From positions 26,399-90,398 of the forward strand of contig JAQGDQ010000833.1 in the NCBI GenBank assembly GCA_030141605.1: DNA of 64,000 nt, read 5' to 3'. Made by a program: the position numbers and the translations under genes. Positions 13,324-25,890 of the stretch are shown here, piece by piece (position 1 is the first letter of the stretch; every line of letters starts with the position of its first letter). The notes beneath the pieces were generated by a model. The model was not told the origin of the DNA. It worked only from the letters and a program-made list of their open reading frames with translations, and searched no databases. This stretch comes from Tubiluchus corallicola (Eukaryota > Animalia > Priapulida).

Positions 13324-14569
13324 CATACAACATGAAGGTTTTTGGAGGCATGGAATCATTCTTTGCAGACCCAAAATAAGTGGGTCAGCGCATCTCTGCT
13401 ACACGGCACTCGCTCAACTTCTAAAATGTCATTGCTCATGTATAGGTCGCATACTGAAGAAACATATTAGAGCTAATTTTGTCCTTAAAATATAAACACA
13501 GTCTTTGATAGCTTTTGAGCAATGCTTAAGATTTCTGCAAAAGAATTATCAACATGTTAATACCTTTGTGGATACCTACTGCATGAACTTGTGAACTTCA
13601 TTTTAAATGTTTCGAGATTGCGACACCTAAATATTGAACTGATGAAACGAAATTTAATAACGTTTGCCCGGGTTTAGAATGTATTCGTGATCTACAGCAT
13701 TGGAACAAACACGAGAAACACATAATTATGATGTCACACTCGTCAATGTTATTTACAAAATAATTCGCCAGTGCTGATCCCATTTATGGAATGCCCTTAA
13801 ATCTTTTTGTACAGCAAGACAGTCATTACAAAATCTGACAAAATGCTACAAAACACAAGTGTTAGTAAGTATTATTGATGCATGTCAAAAATAATCGTAT
13901 ACCCACAGAGATCTCAAAACATATAACAGCTCAAAGCCTAGTACTACTACTAGTAAAATTAGTGTTAAAATTAAGTAGAAATTATTTAATGATTGTAGAT
14001 TGTAAAGTAAATTTAGTAGACACTATTGCCTTCATCAGTCCTCTGACTGTATGTACACAAAAATTTTACGTATATGTATTTTGTACAGTACAGTTTGTGT
14101 ACATTAATTCATTGCAATAAAGAATATTAATAATATTATTATTAAAAGAAAAACAAAGATTAGCTAAATTTCGTGAAAAGCGCTGCTTAAAATTATACTG
14201 GACAAGTATATAAAATAAACTGTTGGGTCATTATTAAATGTAAAACTCAAAATAATCATAAAATCTTAATTTAGAAAAAATTACTTTTCTTCAGAAGTTC
14301 TGCCAATTAGGTAATAAAAGAAATCTTGCCAAGTGCTGATAATTTTGTCAGCACGCTTTCAAATATATGTATGGCTGAGCTACTACGACTGCTACATGCG
14401 AGTTAGGATTCTAACTTTTATTTCGGAAACTTTGCTAACTAGGATCCTAACTTAAATTTTATTACTTACCCCGTTGCTTTTTTATTTGTTCTTTTATTGA
14501 CTGATCAATTCACTTATATTTTCATATTAATTTGTTTACATGTCTAAATTTGCTTACTTATTTATATGT

Positions 14570-16160
14570 TTACCTGGAATTTACTTGGAAAGACCTCCTA
14601 TACCGTTAACCCCATAGTTCCTTTGTGGTCTTCAGCTTCTTGGGTGTTCCAGAATACACAATTATTTTGATTTAAATTTATTTATGTTTATAGTGTCTAT
14701 TGCAGCTTGTGGCAGTCTATTCCAGTGACTGATTACTCGCTGGTGATTTATATAGATGTTCATGGATTTCTATCTAGCAGATATACAGCAGATATACAGC
14801 AGAACACTATACCACATTATTAAGGGTGAGCATTCTCTGCCAGAAAGTGAATTCGAACCGAATCGAATTTGTGACTTTAGAATACGAATTGAACTGAACT
14901 TCAGTATTGCGAATTCGAATTGAGATTGAAAGATTTTTGGACGAGTATTCGAACCACCGGTAAAAATTAGTCTTACAAAAATCATGCAAATTACTCGATT
15001 TTGTTCTGCAGTAAAACCAATTATAATTTGTTTAAAAATGTGCACAAATGTCACAGCTAATTGCATGATGTTTCAATCATAGAGCATGATGTTTCAAATA
15101 TGCGATTGAAGTGCCGAATTATTTGAATCTATAGTTTTAGATTCGAATTCGAATTAAAAAAACTCGTTCGAAACGAATATGAACATTCCGAACTACTTTA
15201 TTGACCATTTGGTCTGGCGCATTGATACATAACAGCTGGGAATAGAATTATTTCCTACATCCTGTCTTGTATGACATTTAAATAATTGCCTGTTGTGTTC
15301 TTGTCTTACTTGCATCTCCATTTGGAACATGTTATTATTTGTATTATTGTTCATGCTGTTTAAAAATTTGTACTTACAGCAATTAAGTCACATCGCACTT
15401 TGCATGTTGCCAGTGTCTGTAGTTGCAGTTGCTGCAATCTATTTCAGTAAGCCAGGTTTTCTTTATTAAAGTGCAGAGTTTTGTGGCTCTACCTTGTACA
15501 CCCTCAATAAGTTTAGCATTTTTCATGTAATATGGATTCCAGATTGGTGATGCATATATTAGTTATCATGCTCTATAATTGGTCTTACTCTGGATTTGTA
15601 CAAGGGAAAAAATCTCTGTTCTAGACCTACTGTTCTAGACCTATTTTATCAAATGCCTTCTGAAAATCTAATCATTGGTTCCCCACATTTAAAGCTGTGG
15701 TTGTATCCTCCAGGAAATCCAGTAAGTTAGTTGTACATGAGTGCCCAGGTAAGAATCTATGTTGTGAGTCCCTTATTAATCTATTTTCTAATAAATGTTG
15801 CATTATGGTGTCCCTGATGATTAACTCCAAGATTTTACTAGCTATTAATGTAAGTGATATATGAGTTGATATTTCTCTGGTAAGTCCTTTTGCCACTCTT
15901 GAAGATAGGTGCAATATTGACCATTCCATGCTAGTGGAGCTTCTCCTGCAGTTAATGACATGTTAAAAATTTGAGTTATTGGACTGCAACTTCTTGGACA
16001 AGCTCTTTTAAAACTCACAGTTGAATATTACTTAGCCCTAGTCATTTATCTGTCTTTAATTTCGGTATCCTTTCTCTAACTAGTTCTATGTTTAAGTGAG
16101 TTAAATCTACTGCCTAACTGCTTAATGTTTGTCAAAAAGGCTTTGTATTTCTGGAACTTC
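14570..16160 (-). mobile_element. Decayed CR1-clade LINE, internally deleted and interrupted by a MITE
   Basis: Broken RT motifs SKILELII...SQHRF...SCTTNLLDF...DFQKAFDK, then YKSRVRP...SPIWNPY...IEGVQGRATK, and 3' WNRLP near 14710-14735. Confidence 0.85.
14822..15190 (-). mobile_element. hAT MITE (taggggtgagca family), degenerate copy
   Basis: Reverse-complement similarity to 16473-16865; rich in TTCGAA. Confidence 0.8.
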
Positions 16161-16472
16161 ATCTAAGTTCTATTTAATATCATTTTTAATTATTTATTTT
16201 TCAGTTTATTTTTTTCATTTAATTACTTTACTTTCATTAAATTTTATTCTTTCATTTGGGTACTTTGTTTTACTTCTATTTAATTACATTGTAGCAGAAC
16301 TGCATTGAAATTTCTTGACATGTAATTAATTTAATTCTTCTGCATTTTTATTTATGCATAAAAATGACTAAAGATATTTGTCTGTTATACAAATCAATAA
16401 AATATTTAGTATTATCCATCAAGTTCATCAACCAAATTTAGATAGTGGCAGTTAGAAGAGCTGCCCTGCAAC

Positions 16473-16865
16473 TAGGGGTGAGCATCGAACGTTCGAGTGC
16501 GAACATTCAAATCGAATTCGATTCGAACGAGATTTTTTAGTTCGAACTCGATTCGAATCCAAAACTATAGATTCGAATAATTCAGCACTTCAATCACATA
16601 TGTTCCTCATCATTAAAACGATTGAAACAGCGTACAATTAGCATAATTTAGCTGTGATTTATGCACACAACTTTAAACAAATTACTAGTCGTGTTATTGC
16701 AGAACAAAATCTGGTGATATGCATGATCTTTGTAAGACTAATTTTTACTGGTGGTTCGAAAATCATTCGAAAACGGTTCAAATTTGAAACACTGAAGTTC
16801 ACTTCGATTCGAATTCGAAAGTCACAAATTCGGTTCGACTCAAATTCGCTTTCTGCTCACCCCTA
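16473..16865 (+). mobile_element. Complete hAT-superfamily MITE, 393 bp
   Basis: TIRs taggggtgagca ... tgctcaccccta; perfect 8-bp TSD CCTGCAAC (16465-16472 and 16866-16873). Confidence 0.95.
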
Positions 16866-18129
16866 CCTGCAACTGCAGTGATAAATTCGAAACTCGTGAA
16901 AAGCAAAGCTAAGTCGTTGTAATTCGGGACAATATTTTCACTAAAATACTCTTGAATTTGTAATCACATTTACATGGCATTTCTGATTTGTGCTGCACTC
17001 TCGCGGTGACCCGTAGCTGAAGCCATTAAGCAAAACAGATTGGTAGTCATCATTAGGTCAAATTACGTGCTGATGTACCTTTGGTAATACTGTTTTGCAG
17101 CCATGATTAAATTCCCATTAGGTCTCTACTGTAATGTTACAGAATTTTATTAAGATTCTGATATCGACGTTTTCTTACTTTTTATTGTACGAAATGCAAC
17201 AAAGGTAGGTTAGCCGAGATCGTACTTTGTCGTTTGATTTGAGTTCTCTTAATTAGAATTTGCAAGTTTACTCGTTAAATTCATCAGTAGGTATTAAGAA
17301 AGAGTAGAACTAACGTACGATAGATGATTGTGACTGGTCAGAATGGTGCGACACTGAATTGTGCCACTTGGGGGAGACTACATTTAGGTAGATAAAATTT
17401 TTGTTAAAATGAAGATAAGGACCAAGACAAGACTCCTGGATGATGGATCTCTGTACTCGTCTACTTTATGGTTGAGAACTGCCCTGGTTGATTTGTGGGC
17501 TCGCGTAGTAAAATATTTAGTCTAAGGATTGTATTAATATTCAATACATGACAGCATCACAGCAATACAGTACGTGCCAAATATTAGACTGATATTTAAA
17601 TTTAAACAAGTTTATTTTTAATGTGTGTAAGTAAATAACCAACATTTTTTTACAGAAAAAGTGGTGCAAAAAAGCAGTGATATAATACAAAATAACAAAA
17701 TTATTATGATCGTTAATAAATTCCAGGAATTGTGAAAAACATTTGGAAAGTCTAGGAATTGTGAAAAACATTTGGAATGTACCAGTAGACTGGAAAATAC
17801 ATAATAAGCAGATAATAAAGCCCCCTATCTATATATAACTCACCTTTGCAGCTACCCCTATGTTTTGGCTATTTTTGAGGCTTTAATTTTGGTAGCCATT
17901 ACGTAAGGAAACCAAGACTGGGGTTATGTCATGCACTCAAATCTCTAAACAATCTTTTTTGTGGTGCTTGCACTTTAACTACAAGATCGTAATGATTTGA
18001 TACATTATATACACTATATACACAAACATAGAGCAAAAAACTAGGTATAATTAAGGGTACAAGTATCATGTTCTAGGAAGTTTGAGTGTTTGCAGACTTG
18101 TTTCTCGTGAATCCAATCTATATTTCGTT

Positions 18130-18380
18130 CTTCTATGGCACTGACATAGTATTGTCCCTTTAAACTGATTAACTGTAACTGCTTTGATGGCCTTTTAAGG
18201 TAAACCATTCCACAAATCAATTATCCCATGGCTGAAAAAATCTCTTAGATCCAGCTTTGCTCTTATCTTATACAGTTGTAACTGGTGTCCTCGTATCATC
18301 TTCCCATGACTCTCCAAAGTGAAGACGCTTCCAACGTCCACATCATCAGTTCCTTTGATGATTTTGAAAGCTTGTATTAA
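18130..18380 (-). mobile_element. CR1-clade LINE 3' fragment
   Basis: FKIIKG...RGHQLQL...DLRDFFS...IIDLWNGLP, the typical CR1 ORF2 C-terminus. Confidence 0.8.
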
Positions 18381-18469
18381 AGGAAGAACCAACCCTCGAA
18401 CAACATTTATTGTATTTTAATATGCAATTAAAAATATTGAAATCACAATACAAAATACGCGCATAGACG

Positions 18470-18690
18470 CGACAAAAAACAATGGCTGACTTTTACATCA
18501 TTTTTTTCAAGATTACGTTTTTCAGTGCGTAACCTGCACCTCAACTTCAACATGGATTATCTCAGCTTAGAAATAACATAGAGCAATGAACTTGGTATCG
18601 AAATGATCCAATTAAAATGGAGATTCAGGATATGTGAATAACTTGAAAAACTTAATTGCCGACTTATGGACGATTCTGCTATGCAAGCAC
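18470..18690 (+). mobile_element. Dispersed repeat family B, copy 1
   Basis: Inverted match to 25465-25675 (ggattatctcagcttagaaataacatagagc). Confidence 0.75.
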
Positions 18691-19402
18691 ATATATACAT
18701 TTCATACACGAGTGAAAGTAAACAGTAAAATTATATTGCCATGATCAATACAAAAGTTGTGCCTCTCACTGTGTGCAATGGATGACAGCAAGGAACTAAA
18801 TCCTCAAACAGATCACTGCCTGTTATTTTGCAACAACTTTTATTCCTTTTGCCCACTATTCCTATTATTTACATGATAATTTATTTTTGACTGTCTAAGA
18901 ATTATGCTTGTGTTATAAAGTATATTTCATTTGCCATTGTTCTTATGTTTTTTGTTTTCAGTTTTTGTTTGATTATTTTTATTATGCACTTATTATTACC
19001 GTGTATGAATTGTATTAACACATTGTAAGCATATCAATTTAATGCCATTCGCAACAGTTAAATTTTTATTATGAGCAATACGAATACTAATACACTGTAG
19101 CATAGCGCTTATAAAAATGTTCATCACTAACCAAAAGGCAGCTGACTAGATCACCAATTGATCTTTCGCTGCCCTTTCTTCACATTTTTCTTTCCAAATT
19201 AATTGTATTATAACTGTGCGTGTGTTGCAAGATAATAAAAAGATTATTATTATGCCTATCATGCATAATAATGTGTGTAATTTTATTTGCATTCACACTT
19301 TTTATGACTAGTAACGTAATTTGAATCTCTGGCTTATTTTTTTTTGCAGGTTTTACCAGGCTAATGTCACTAATGCCACCGTTGTCTGACTGAATGTGAG
19401 AA

Positions 19403-22400
19403 ATGGAACAACTGGATACTGATGGTTCAGCGAATCTCGCAAACGTTTACCTGCAAACGGCAGTAGATTTCATATATAATACAGGTATTTTTCCCTTGTC
19501 TACCTTGAACACTGAACAGTGATAAGTAACTTTAGATATTTGTCCGTTACTCTTGAGGTGACAAACAAGAATCTCTGTAGCATAAGGCAGTTTTTGTATG
19601 CAGTGTCAGTATTCATAAAATGTATATATGTTGTTATTCGAAATATTTCTGGGTGTCAGTCTAAAACTGCCAGAAATGGCTGAAGTCGATCAAGTACAGA
19701 AAAGGGGGAATTTGTTCAAATTTGACATTTAGCAAAATGAATCTTTACCTTTGGAACAAGTGCTAGGGTGAGAGTTTTGGGGTAAGTGCTCAGTGTTCCC
19801 ACGGTCAGGGAAAATCCTGTAAAATCCTTGAAAATACAGGCTATCCTGGAAAGTCATAAAAAGTCAAGGAAGAAGATAATTTGGTAAAAAGTTGGGGAAA
19901 ATGATGAAAATGGGGCAAAAATCCTGGGGAATTGGAAAGGGTTGCAAAAATAATCACTGTGAACCGATATTTTTCCAAATATATTTTTCAGCGATTCGTG
20001 TTCAAATAAAATTTTGCTATGACAGGCTCCCAGTTTCGATTTCTGTTCCAAAAGTAATGATCGGGTTAAGTAAATTTATTTAATGTGATTAGTGTAATTT
20101 CATTATCACTACTGCAACTGTGTCGACTCAGTATGTGTATGAATGTCCGTACACAAAAATGTTTGAATATGTATACTGCTAATACAATTTCTGTTTATCC
20201 TGGTCAGGGAAAAGTCCCGAGAATTTATTTCAAAATTCTGTGGGAACCCTGAGTGCTAGGGTAACAGTTTAGGGGTAAGTGCTCTGGGTCCCCCACTGTC
20301 AAGGAAGATACTGTAAAATTTTTGAGAATACAGGCTATACTGGAAAGTCAGGGAAAATTCATGAAAATTTATTTTAAAATTCTGTGGAAACCCTGACTGT
20401 CAGCATTGCAGTTTTGGTGTAAGTAACAAAGATTCTACATTTTCCCCTTTCGATCAAGTTTTATTTCCCAAGTTGTTATGTACATTTTAGTTTTCCTAGA
20501 AGAACCTATTGATAAGATACCTAACTTATTTAGGAGGTAAACATAAACACATCGTCTTGAGAATGTATTTTTTGAGAATTTTAAAATCCAGACAAGCATC
20601 ACAATCTGTTTACTTATGTTACGTTCAATTTTTGTTCTTTGCTTATCCTCGCATTTCTACAATTCACTTTTCAAGATTGTATGAATCGTTTAGCCATTTT
20701 TGTTTTTTTCACTTTATAAATCAGTTGTGCAGTTGAATATAATTGTTCTTCTTCATATGCGTACATCTTTTTTGTGCTTTTCAGGGCAGCACGGTAGAGG
20801 TGGTATTCCAGCTGCTATGCTACAGTCACATAATAGTGGTCGCCAGAATTTACGATCTGATCAGTACGATAGAACCGAAATGCAAATTTACCCCCCGCAG
20901 CATCATCACCACCATCATCATCACAAAAAGCGAAGAAAGAACTTACCCGTGGAGCCGTATCCGTTTCCCACGAACTTTTGCAATTTATTGCACTCCTCTC
21001 CGCCGCCCGTACCGCCTAGTCTGCTGAATCCCACCGGATCGAAGGAACGCAAGCAGAAGGTGAAGGTGTTCCTCCGCATCTGTCCCTCCGAATCAAACTC
21101 CTCTTTTTTTGAGATTGACGAAAAGCGACTGCAAGTGACGGTCACGGATCCTTCGTGTAACACGACCACCCTTTCCCATCGTCGTCCGGGAAACGCGCCG
21201 AAGATGTTTGCGTTCGATTCTGTGTTTTCGCCCGATATTTCTCAGAGTGAGATATGTGCTGCCGCGCTCGTTGACACCCTTCAAGCTGTAGTGGGCGGAA
21301 AGGACGGTTGCGTGTTTTGTTACGGACATGCAGCAGTTGGCAAAACTTATACTATGATAGGAAAGGATGATTCCCCGCAAAGCCTGGGAATTATCCCCTG
21401 TGCTATTTCCTGGTTATTTACACTGTTAAATGAACAGCGACAATCCTCCGGTGCTAGATTCTCGGTCCGCGTTTCTTCGGTAGAAGTTACTGGCCGTGGC
21501 GAACTCTTAACAGATTTGTTATCTGAGCAGTCCCGCGGTGCTGAGAATTCTAACTGCATTGCACCCAGTTTGTTCTTGAGGGAGGATCCCTTCTATGGGA
21601 CGCACTTGCAGAATTTAAGTGAGCTTCGAGCGCCATCTGTAGAGAAAGCCTCGTACTACCTTGACGCTGCATTGTCGGCTCGCGCCAGGTCAAGTGGCTG
21701 TGACGCCAAGAACTCGCATATGTTGTTCACGTTGAATGTTTATCAATATCGGTTAGAGGAGTCGTCTAAAGGGGTGGCCGGTGGTCGCAGCTGTTTGCAC
21801 CTCATTGACTTGGGAAGCTGCGAAAAGCAAAGCAAACTGAAGCGCGAAGAAGACAAATGCTTGTCATTGTCTGCCCTCGGCAATGTCATCAACGCTTTGG
21901 TTAACGGAATAAAACACGTTCCGTATCGGAGCAGCAAGCTAGCTCAGTTGATGAGAGAAGCATTAGGAAGCGCATCGTGTAGGTCTGTCCTCATAGCCCA
22001 CGTGTCATCCAGTGCCGTGAACTACAGTGAAAGTTTGGCCGTGATACAGTTAGCTGCGCGAATCCATCGAATGCGAAGGAAGCGGGCGCACGCCAGATGC
22101 TCGGGCAGTTCTGGGGGCAGTTCTTCGGAAGAGGGTCGATTGCCTAGTGTCACCCCACTGAAATATTTGAACACCGTGCGAGACGGAAAACCGAATCTCT
22201 CCAGTGATCCAGACATGTCCAGTAGCGAGCAGTCGTGTGACACTGTCATTTACGTCGGACAGAATGGGGTCCTGTTAAGCGACAAGGATTTGACCGATAA
22301 TGAAGGCCCACCACCATTACATTCAGCGTCAAGTCAAAGATATCCAATGAAAGGACATCAGCATGTTTTGTCAGACAAGACGAATTATTCATTGAATCAA

Positions 22401-24701
22401 AATGATGAATGGCTGTGTGGTGATGACATTCAAAACCCGATATCTATGGGGCTTTGGAACTGTATCCCAGCTGACGCATTTCCTTCCCATCTGGCTACAA
22501 GAAATTGGAATGCAAGTAACAGTGTTGTTGATGATAGACAGGAACATTGGATTGACGGCCCTAAAGGACAACACAGAAGTCGTTTAATGTACTTAAATAA
22601 TACTGCAGAGCCGGCATTTCCATGGGTTCATGGCATTAGGCGTAGCATTAATCAAACGCGTTTGGAAGAACATTGGATTGATGGACCAACGTCTCCTGTT
22701 AAAGAGGAATGTTGGATAGATGGTCCGAAAGGAAAACTCGGAAAAGTGAAAATTGGCAGAACAGAACATTGGGTCAAGGGCGAATCAGATCCGTTTTTGA
22801 AAGCTAGTCGTGTAAAACTCTCCGAGCAAGAACCAGTGAGTCTTGCAAATCTTGGAAGTATATTGAATGATGACCACTCTGAAGAGGTGTGGCTCGATGC
22901 TGCACCGCACAATATTGAGAATCAAGCAGAAAAAGTGCTGTACTTGTCAACATTGTCTGAAGCAGATACCGTTTCGGATTCTACTGATATGCTGATGTGC
23001 GACGGAGAGAGTAGCGATGCACTAAGTGCATTGAGTGCCGACAGTATTCGACGCGACACCATGATTGAGGGATCAGAGTTTAGCGTAAGCTTCATAGATT
23101 CTGAGCCACGCAATGGCGGGGGAGAGTACTTTACCATGAAGTCTAACGACAGTGATGCCAACTCCATACTTAGCTTCAATTCTGACTTGAAGGAGAAGTT
23201 CGGCGACTCTTTCGCATTTGCCCAAGATGGCTTGGCTTCTAATGCAAGCTCAGATGATTTCAGTATTCGTAAAGCTATTTCGGATTGGTCTGCAGAATTG
23301 GCGAGCAAGATGCGGACGGAAGGTAGTCCGGAACGAATCTGCAGTCACTTGGAAGAAATAGAGGCGACATTCGCGAAATTGCAGGAAGCGTCCATCAGTG
23401 ATTCTGTAAGTATGGAGAAGAGCGCTAATCAAGAAAGTCAGCTTGTTGACCAACAAAATGAACCAATATCTGCTAGAAAAACTACCAATGAACTTTGTAG
23501 TGATTTAGAAGAAAATGAGGATACGGTATGGATGGCTGTTGATAAATTAGTATCAAGTTGTGAGGAAGAATTGGGGATCGTTAAAACGGCATCTAAATTA
23601 ACTTTTCTACAGGCTGAAGAGATGCTGCCAGTTAAGCTACATAACGAAACGATGGAAAATGTCTTTTCTGTGCCCGAAACGCGACCACAGCCAGACGGAG
23701 CCAGTAACCCAGGACTTCCGGCTGACAGTTTAAAAGACACCGATGTTGATGCTTTGGACGACTTGGATCCGGAAACTGAGAAAACTCTGAGAGCAAAGAT
23801 TAGCACAATAGTTGAACAGAACAAGCCGCGAATACAGCCGAAGTATAATCAAGGCATTGTAAGTGAAAGTGCGGTAATGTATAATAACGACCTTTCCAAG
23901 AATTTTGGTTCTTTGAAGTCAAGTCGACCTAGTAAACTGCCTCAGGCCATCTCTTTGCAGAAGTACAGTACACTGTCTACGAACATGTCATCTGATGTGA
24001 CTAAATCTGGTAAAGTGACTGCAGCTGTAGATGGTGCAAAAACTCGTTCCAATGTAACACCGGAAAGAGTGCTTATAGGTTCCTTGAACGCTGGCAGCGA
24101 GAGAAGTGGTGTGTCGAAGCTTCCTCGGGCTGTAAAGTCTTCCCAACCACCTGAAATTCCTGCCAAACCCAAAAGGGATAAATTACTTCTCAGATCTAGT
24201 CAACAAGTAAATAGAAGTGGTGCCAAACCTAGTGATAGATTAAGAGCAGAGGGTTCTAGCAGTGGCTATGAGAGCATGCCACAAGATGGCGGGCAGGACA
24301 ATATGGCTGCCGGCCTGCTATCGGCCATTGCAAGTGATGATACATTCTTGAGTGGTCACTGTAGTAACAGCCACACTAAACAGGAAACCAACGAGACAGG
24401 AAGTCGAGGAGGTTCGAGGAGGGGTCTTCAAGACAAGGCCAAGAAATGGACAGAAGCCACTAAAAAGAAGATAACTGATCTCAGGTTGCGACAGCAGTTA
24501 CTGACGGCAGAATTATCCGAGGCTAAAAAGTTACTCATGGTTGAGAACTGGAGCAGCGAGTGCCATGCTGCGGATATGGAAGAGAACGATAGTCAATCGT
24601 TCTTGGATTTACTGGAAAAGGAAACACAGATTCTAGACAAGAGAGTCCAAGCTTGCAAATCTCACATCATGATGGTGACGTGTTTCGATATCTCTGTGTA
24701 A
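19403..24701 (+). CDS. KIF26: Kinesin-11 family protein KIF26 (VAB-8/KIF26A/B-like), about 1332 aa. Exons: 19403-19484 and 20785-24701
   Basis: Motor domain at about 21060-22070 with KIF26 signatures: KVKVFLRI, PKMFAFD, GKDGCVFCYGHAAVGKTYTMIG, GARFSVRVS, NSHMLFTL, GGRSCLHLIDLGSC. Post-motor SSSEQSCDTVIYVG and LSDKDLTDNEGPP; C-terminal SSGYES and CKSHIMMVTCFD. The ORF-track start at 20700 is probably intronic (polypyrimidine tract and AG at 20783-20784). The upstream exon MEQLDTDGSANLANVYLQTAVDFIYNT ends in the matching phase 1 (CAG|GTATTT). Confidence 0.93.
19791..20251 (-). mobile_element. hAT-like MITE (cagggttcccac family), copy 2, in the KIF26 intron
   Basis: TIRs cagtgttcccac ... gtgggaaccctg; AGTGCT on both flanks. 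Confidence 0.9.
20284..20395 (-). mobile_element. Internally deleted third copy of the cagggttcccac MITE
   Basis: Keeps both termini (ctgggtccccac ... gtggaaaccctg) but lacks about 350 bp of the interior. Confidence 0.75.
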
Positions 24702-25464
24702 GTATAAATGTATTGTATGTGTACACTGTACAGATATTATTATTATTATTATTATATACCACATTTATGTATGTATAATATTGTATATTGTTACAATAAA
24801 ACATCCTATTCTATTTTAGTTAATACAGTTAGGTCTATTCACTTAATTACATAAGCTACATGAGTAAGTAAGTAAGTATCTTTATTTTATCACCTTTTTT
24901 ACAAGAAAAACACCGAGCATGAAGCGATAATATGATACAAAGTGACAAGATTATTAAATGAATAAATTATCTGAGTTAATGATATTCAAGTGATTGGTGA
25001 AAGGGTGGCGAAAAACATCAAGTTACCAAAGTCAACCACCCTGTAAGTAATGTAACTATTAGTAATTAATTATATGCGCAATTATCTTGACGAAGATTTC
25101 AGAATAAGGTGTGATAAATGGAGCATACAGTTTACTGCTCACAAAGTATTTTGAAGTCATGAAGTATTTTAACGTAAAAAAATCCTGTTTAATGACACAG
25201 GCAAATCTGTAAAAGCATCTTCTAAGGTATTTTAAATATAGTCGTAATGAAACTCGTATGTTATGTAAATATATTGTATAACTACATTTATACAAACTGT
25301 TATCACTAATGCGTTGTATGTGCTTGGCTATGTGTAAGACTTTTGTGAGCAGTGTGGTTCATTGTTTATCACACGCTTACTAAGAACAATTTCTTTAGCT
25401 GTGTTTACATTATTTTCTATGACATTATACTGCCTGTGTAATAGAATACTTGAACACATATTCG

Positions 25465-25675
25465 TGTGCTTGCAAGGCAAAATTGTGCATAAGTCGCCAA
25501 TTAAGCTTTTTTAGTTATTCACATATTCTGAATCTCCATTTCATGATACCAAGCTCATCGCTCTATGTTATTTCTAAGCTGAGATAATCCACATTGAAGT
25601 TGAGGTGCTGGTTGCGCACTGAAAAATGTAACCTTGAGAAAATCACTGTTAAAATTAGCCATTGTTTTTTATCGC
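25465..25675 (-). mobile_element. Dispersed repeat family B, copy 2
   Basis: Inverted match to 18470-18690. Confidence 0.75.
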
Positions 25676-25677
25676 AT

Positions 25678-25890
25678 TTCTATAAAGCACTTAGCAACCG
25701 TACAAACTTTGGTTGCTATGGACTTTGCAAGAGCACATTGAAGTTATGCTCAAATCCAATAGATGGCCCTTTCTGATGAAGATCTGGGCTTGTCAACAGA
25801 AAAAACCCGAAACATACTGACTGCTTCGACGAGCTACTATTGGAGTTTGAAAATACAAATTTTTTTACAATTGCATTACTAGTTTCTAGA
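25678..25890 (+). mobile_element. Dispersed repeat family C, copy 1
   Basis: Aligns with 30459-30675 (ttgctatggac.ttgcaaga ... gaagatctgggcttg ... gagtttgaaaatac). Confidence 0.75.

Noticed and set aside
20700-20784. ORF-track N-terminus MFFSLYKSVV... of the 1333-aa ORF
   Set aside because: Non-ATG start inside a pyrimidine-rich intron end. An AG acceptor at 20783-20784 and a phase-matched upstream exon explain it better.
20743-24172. Many short ORFs overlapping or antisense to KIF26 (likewise for the IGFBP-like gene)
   Set aside because: Shadow ORFs of GC-richer coding sequence with no independent motifs.
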